Assembly: GCA_051252135.1 (NCBI GenBank)
Contig: JBPOGH010000013.1
Coordinates: forward strand, 32,001-96,000
Reading direction: 5' to 3'
Length of the DNA stretch: 64,000 nucleotides
Source: Verrucomicrobiaceae bacterium
Lineage (GTDB): Bacteria > Verrucomicrobiota > Verrucomicrobiia > Verrucomicrobiales > Akkermansiaceae
Shown: positions 62,176 through 64,000 of the stretch, piece by piece
Layout of the letters: each line of letters starts with the position of its first letter
Position numbering within the stretch: the first letter of the stretch is position 1
Program-made: the position numbers and the translations under genes
The notes under the pieces: model-generated
Databases searched by the model: none
What the model was told of the DNA's origin: nothing
The model's input: the letters and a program-made list of their open reading frames with translations, nothing else

Positions 62176-62799
62176 TCACTCCGGGCGCCCAAACTTCCCC
62201 CGCTCCCTCTCCACCGCATCACGGCAATGGCACCCTTCCAGGTGATCATTCACCAACCCCATCGCTTGCATAAAGGCATAGCAGGTCGTGGGACCCACAA
62301 AAGACCACCCGCGCTTCCGCAGGTCCTTGCTTAAGGCTGTCGATTCCTCCGTTTTCGTTAGCGTCATCGCCGTCGCATAATCGATCTTCGGTGGCCGTGA
62401 TTGCGGCTCATGACCCCAAAAATAATGCGCCAGCGAACCGAATTCCTCCACCATTTCAAGAGCCCGTTGCGCATTGTTGATCGTCGAAAGAATTTTCCCC
62501 CGATGCCGCACAATCCCGGCGTCCTGCACCAGGCGCTCCACATCCGCATCATCAAATAACGCCACCTTCTTGAAATCAAATCCCGCAAAACCCGCTCGAA
62601 AATTCTCCCGCTTTCGCAGAATCGTCAGCCAACTCAACCCGGCCTGAAATCCCTCCAGACAGATTTTCTCGAACAAACGGATATCCTCCGTCACCGGCCG
62701 CCCCCACTCCTCATCGTGATATTTCAAGTAATCCTCATGATGCTCCGGCCACCAGCACCGCACCCTTCCATCCTCACCTTTGATCAGTCCGTCCTTCAT
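62176..62799 (-). CDS. tag: DNA-3-methyladenine glycosylase I
   Basis: [49 protein letters not shown]. Confidence 0.96.
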   Translation of the reverse strand: MKDGLIKGEDGRVRCWWPEHHEDYLKYHDEEWGRPVTEDIRLFEKICLEGFQAGLSWLTILRKRENFRAGFAGFDFKKVALFDDADVERLVQDAGIVRHRGKILSTINNAQRALEMVEEFGSLAHYFWGHEPQSRPPKIDYATAMTLTKTEESTALSKDLRKRGWSFVGPTTCYAFMQAMGLVNDHLEGCHCRDAVERERGKFGRPE

Positions 62800-64000
62800 G
62801 AAAAATTCAATTTACGATCGAGGCTCCGGTATTGGATCGCCTCCAAAACATGATCCGCCGTCAGCTCATCACATCCCGCAAGGTCCGCAATCGTCCGCGC
62901 CACCTTTAAAATCCGGTCATGCGCGCGGGCCGAAAAATTCAGCTGGTCCATCGCTTGCTCCAGAAGCTGCGAACAGCTCGCATCCATCTCGCAGTGGGCC
63001 CGCATCACCTTCGGTCCCATATCGCTGTTGGTCCTCGTCGCAGGGAACTCCGCAAACCGCTTCAGCTGCAATTCACGACAAGCCATCACCCGATTCCGCA
63101 CCGTCTCCGATGACTCGCTCTTTTCCTTCGAGGAAAGCTGCTTGAAATCGATCAACGGCACTTCCACATGTAGATCAATCCGGTCCAGCAAAGGCCCGCT
63201 GATCTTTTGCCGATACTGCTCCACCTGTCGCGGAGAACACCGGCATTCCCGCTTCGTATCACCAAAAAATCCGCACGGACACGGATTCAGCGATGCCACC
63301 AAAAGCACCTTGGAATCAAAAGTGATCGTCCCCGCCGCCCGGGAAATCGTCACATTCCCATCCTCGAGAGGCTGCCTCAGGACCTCCAGCGTTGACCGAC
63401 GAAACTCCGGCAGCTCGTCCAGAAAAAGCACCCCGTTGTGAGCCAGCGAAATCTCTCCCGGCCCCGGATTGCTTCCCCCTCCCAAAAGCCCCGCATCCGA
63501 AATGGTATGATGCGGCGATCGAAAAGGACGATCCTGCACCAGACCCTCGCGGGCATTGAGAAGACCCGCCACCGAATGAATCCGCGTCGTCTCAATCGCC
63601 TCATCCTCGCTCATCGACGGCATGATCGTTGCCATCCGCTTCGCCAGCATCGACTTCCCCGTCCCCGGCGGACCCACCATCAACAAATTGTGCCCACCCG
63701 CCGCCGCGATCTCCAATGCCCGCTTCACCTGATGCTGCCCCTTCACCTCATCCAGATCGATCGTGGGCTGGTCAAGTGAACGGGAACGCAACGCCGGCTT
63801 CGGCTCCGGCGCGAGGGTTTTGGCTCCACTGATAAACTTCCAGGCCTCATGAAGATTCTCGATTCCATAAACCTCCACCCCACTCACCATCGCGGCCTCC
63901 CGCGCATTCGCCGCCGGCACCAGGACCCGCCGACGCCCGTTATTCTTCGCACCCAGCGCAATCGACAACGCCCCCTTGATCGGCCGGAGCGTCCCGTCCA
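62796..64000 (-). CDS. comM: YifB/ComM Mg-chelatase-like AAA+ ATPase (5' end outside the window)
   Basis: [63 protein letters not shown]. Confidence 0.93.
   Translation of the reverse strand, partial: DGTLRPIKGALSIALGAKNNGRRRVLVPAANAREAAMVSGVEVYGIENLHEAWKFISGAKTLAPEPKPALRSRSLDQPTIDLDEVKGQHQVKRALEIAAAGGHNLLMVGPPGTGKSMLAKRMATIMPSMSEDEAIETTRIHSVAGLLNAREGLVQDRPFRSPHHTISDAGLLGGGSNPGPGEISLAHNGVLFLDELPEFRRSTLEVLRQPLEDGNVTISRAAGTITFDSKVLLVASLNPCPCGFFGDTKRECRCSPRQVEQYRQKISGPLLDRIDLHVEVPLIDFKQLSSKEKSESSETVRNRVMACRELQLKRFAEFPATRTNSDMGPKVMRAHCEMDASCSQLLEQAMDQLNFSARAHDRILKVARTIADLAGCDELTADHVLEAIQYRSLDRKLNFS

Overview
This window looks like Verrucomicrobiota DNA, probably Akkermansiaceae/Verrucomicrobiaceae-like. 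That is inferred from five sulfatases, five PEP-CTERM proteins, LTD/CotH and delta-60-repeat surface proteins, and a Chlamydia-type RNR. The + strand is extremely C-rich almost throughout. Most of the window is housekeeping or surface/polysaccharide-degradation genes. Five things stand out. (1) An ~8-kb defence island (22.5-30.35 kb) carries apparently intact cargo genes: a small acidic ORF with a Rad50/RloC-like zinc-hook ATPase, a TPR-CHAT caspase-like protease, and an AbiEi/AbiEii pair. These sit between short stubs of at least two destroyed type I R-M systems, and each cargo block is followed directly by an hsdR 5' stub. (2) Two probable selenoproteins are split by the ORF track at in-frame TGA: a secreted UxxC thioredoxin-like protein (35666-36061) and an iodothyronine-deiodinase-like protein (47794-48378). 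(3) Two mini-hairpin-rich in-frame insertions lie inside the hsdM remnant. (4) A junction at 47554-47720 duplicates the 3' ends of two neighbouring genes and brackets two accessory cassettes. One cassette is a two-component system plus two paralogous PEP-CTERM metalloproteases with four copies of one palindrome. (5) The NrdB lacks the radical tyrosine (class Ic-like). All calls come from motif recognition by eye; no database searches were run.
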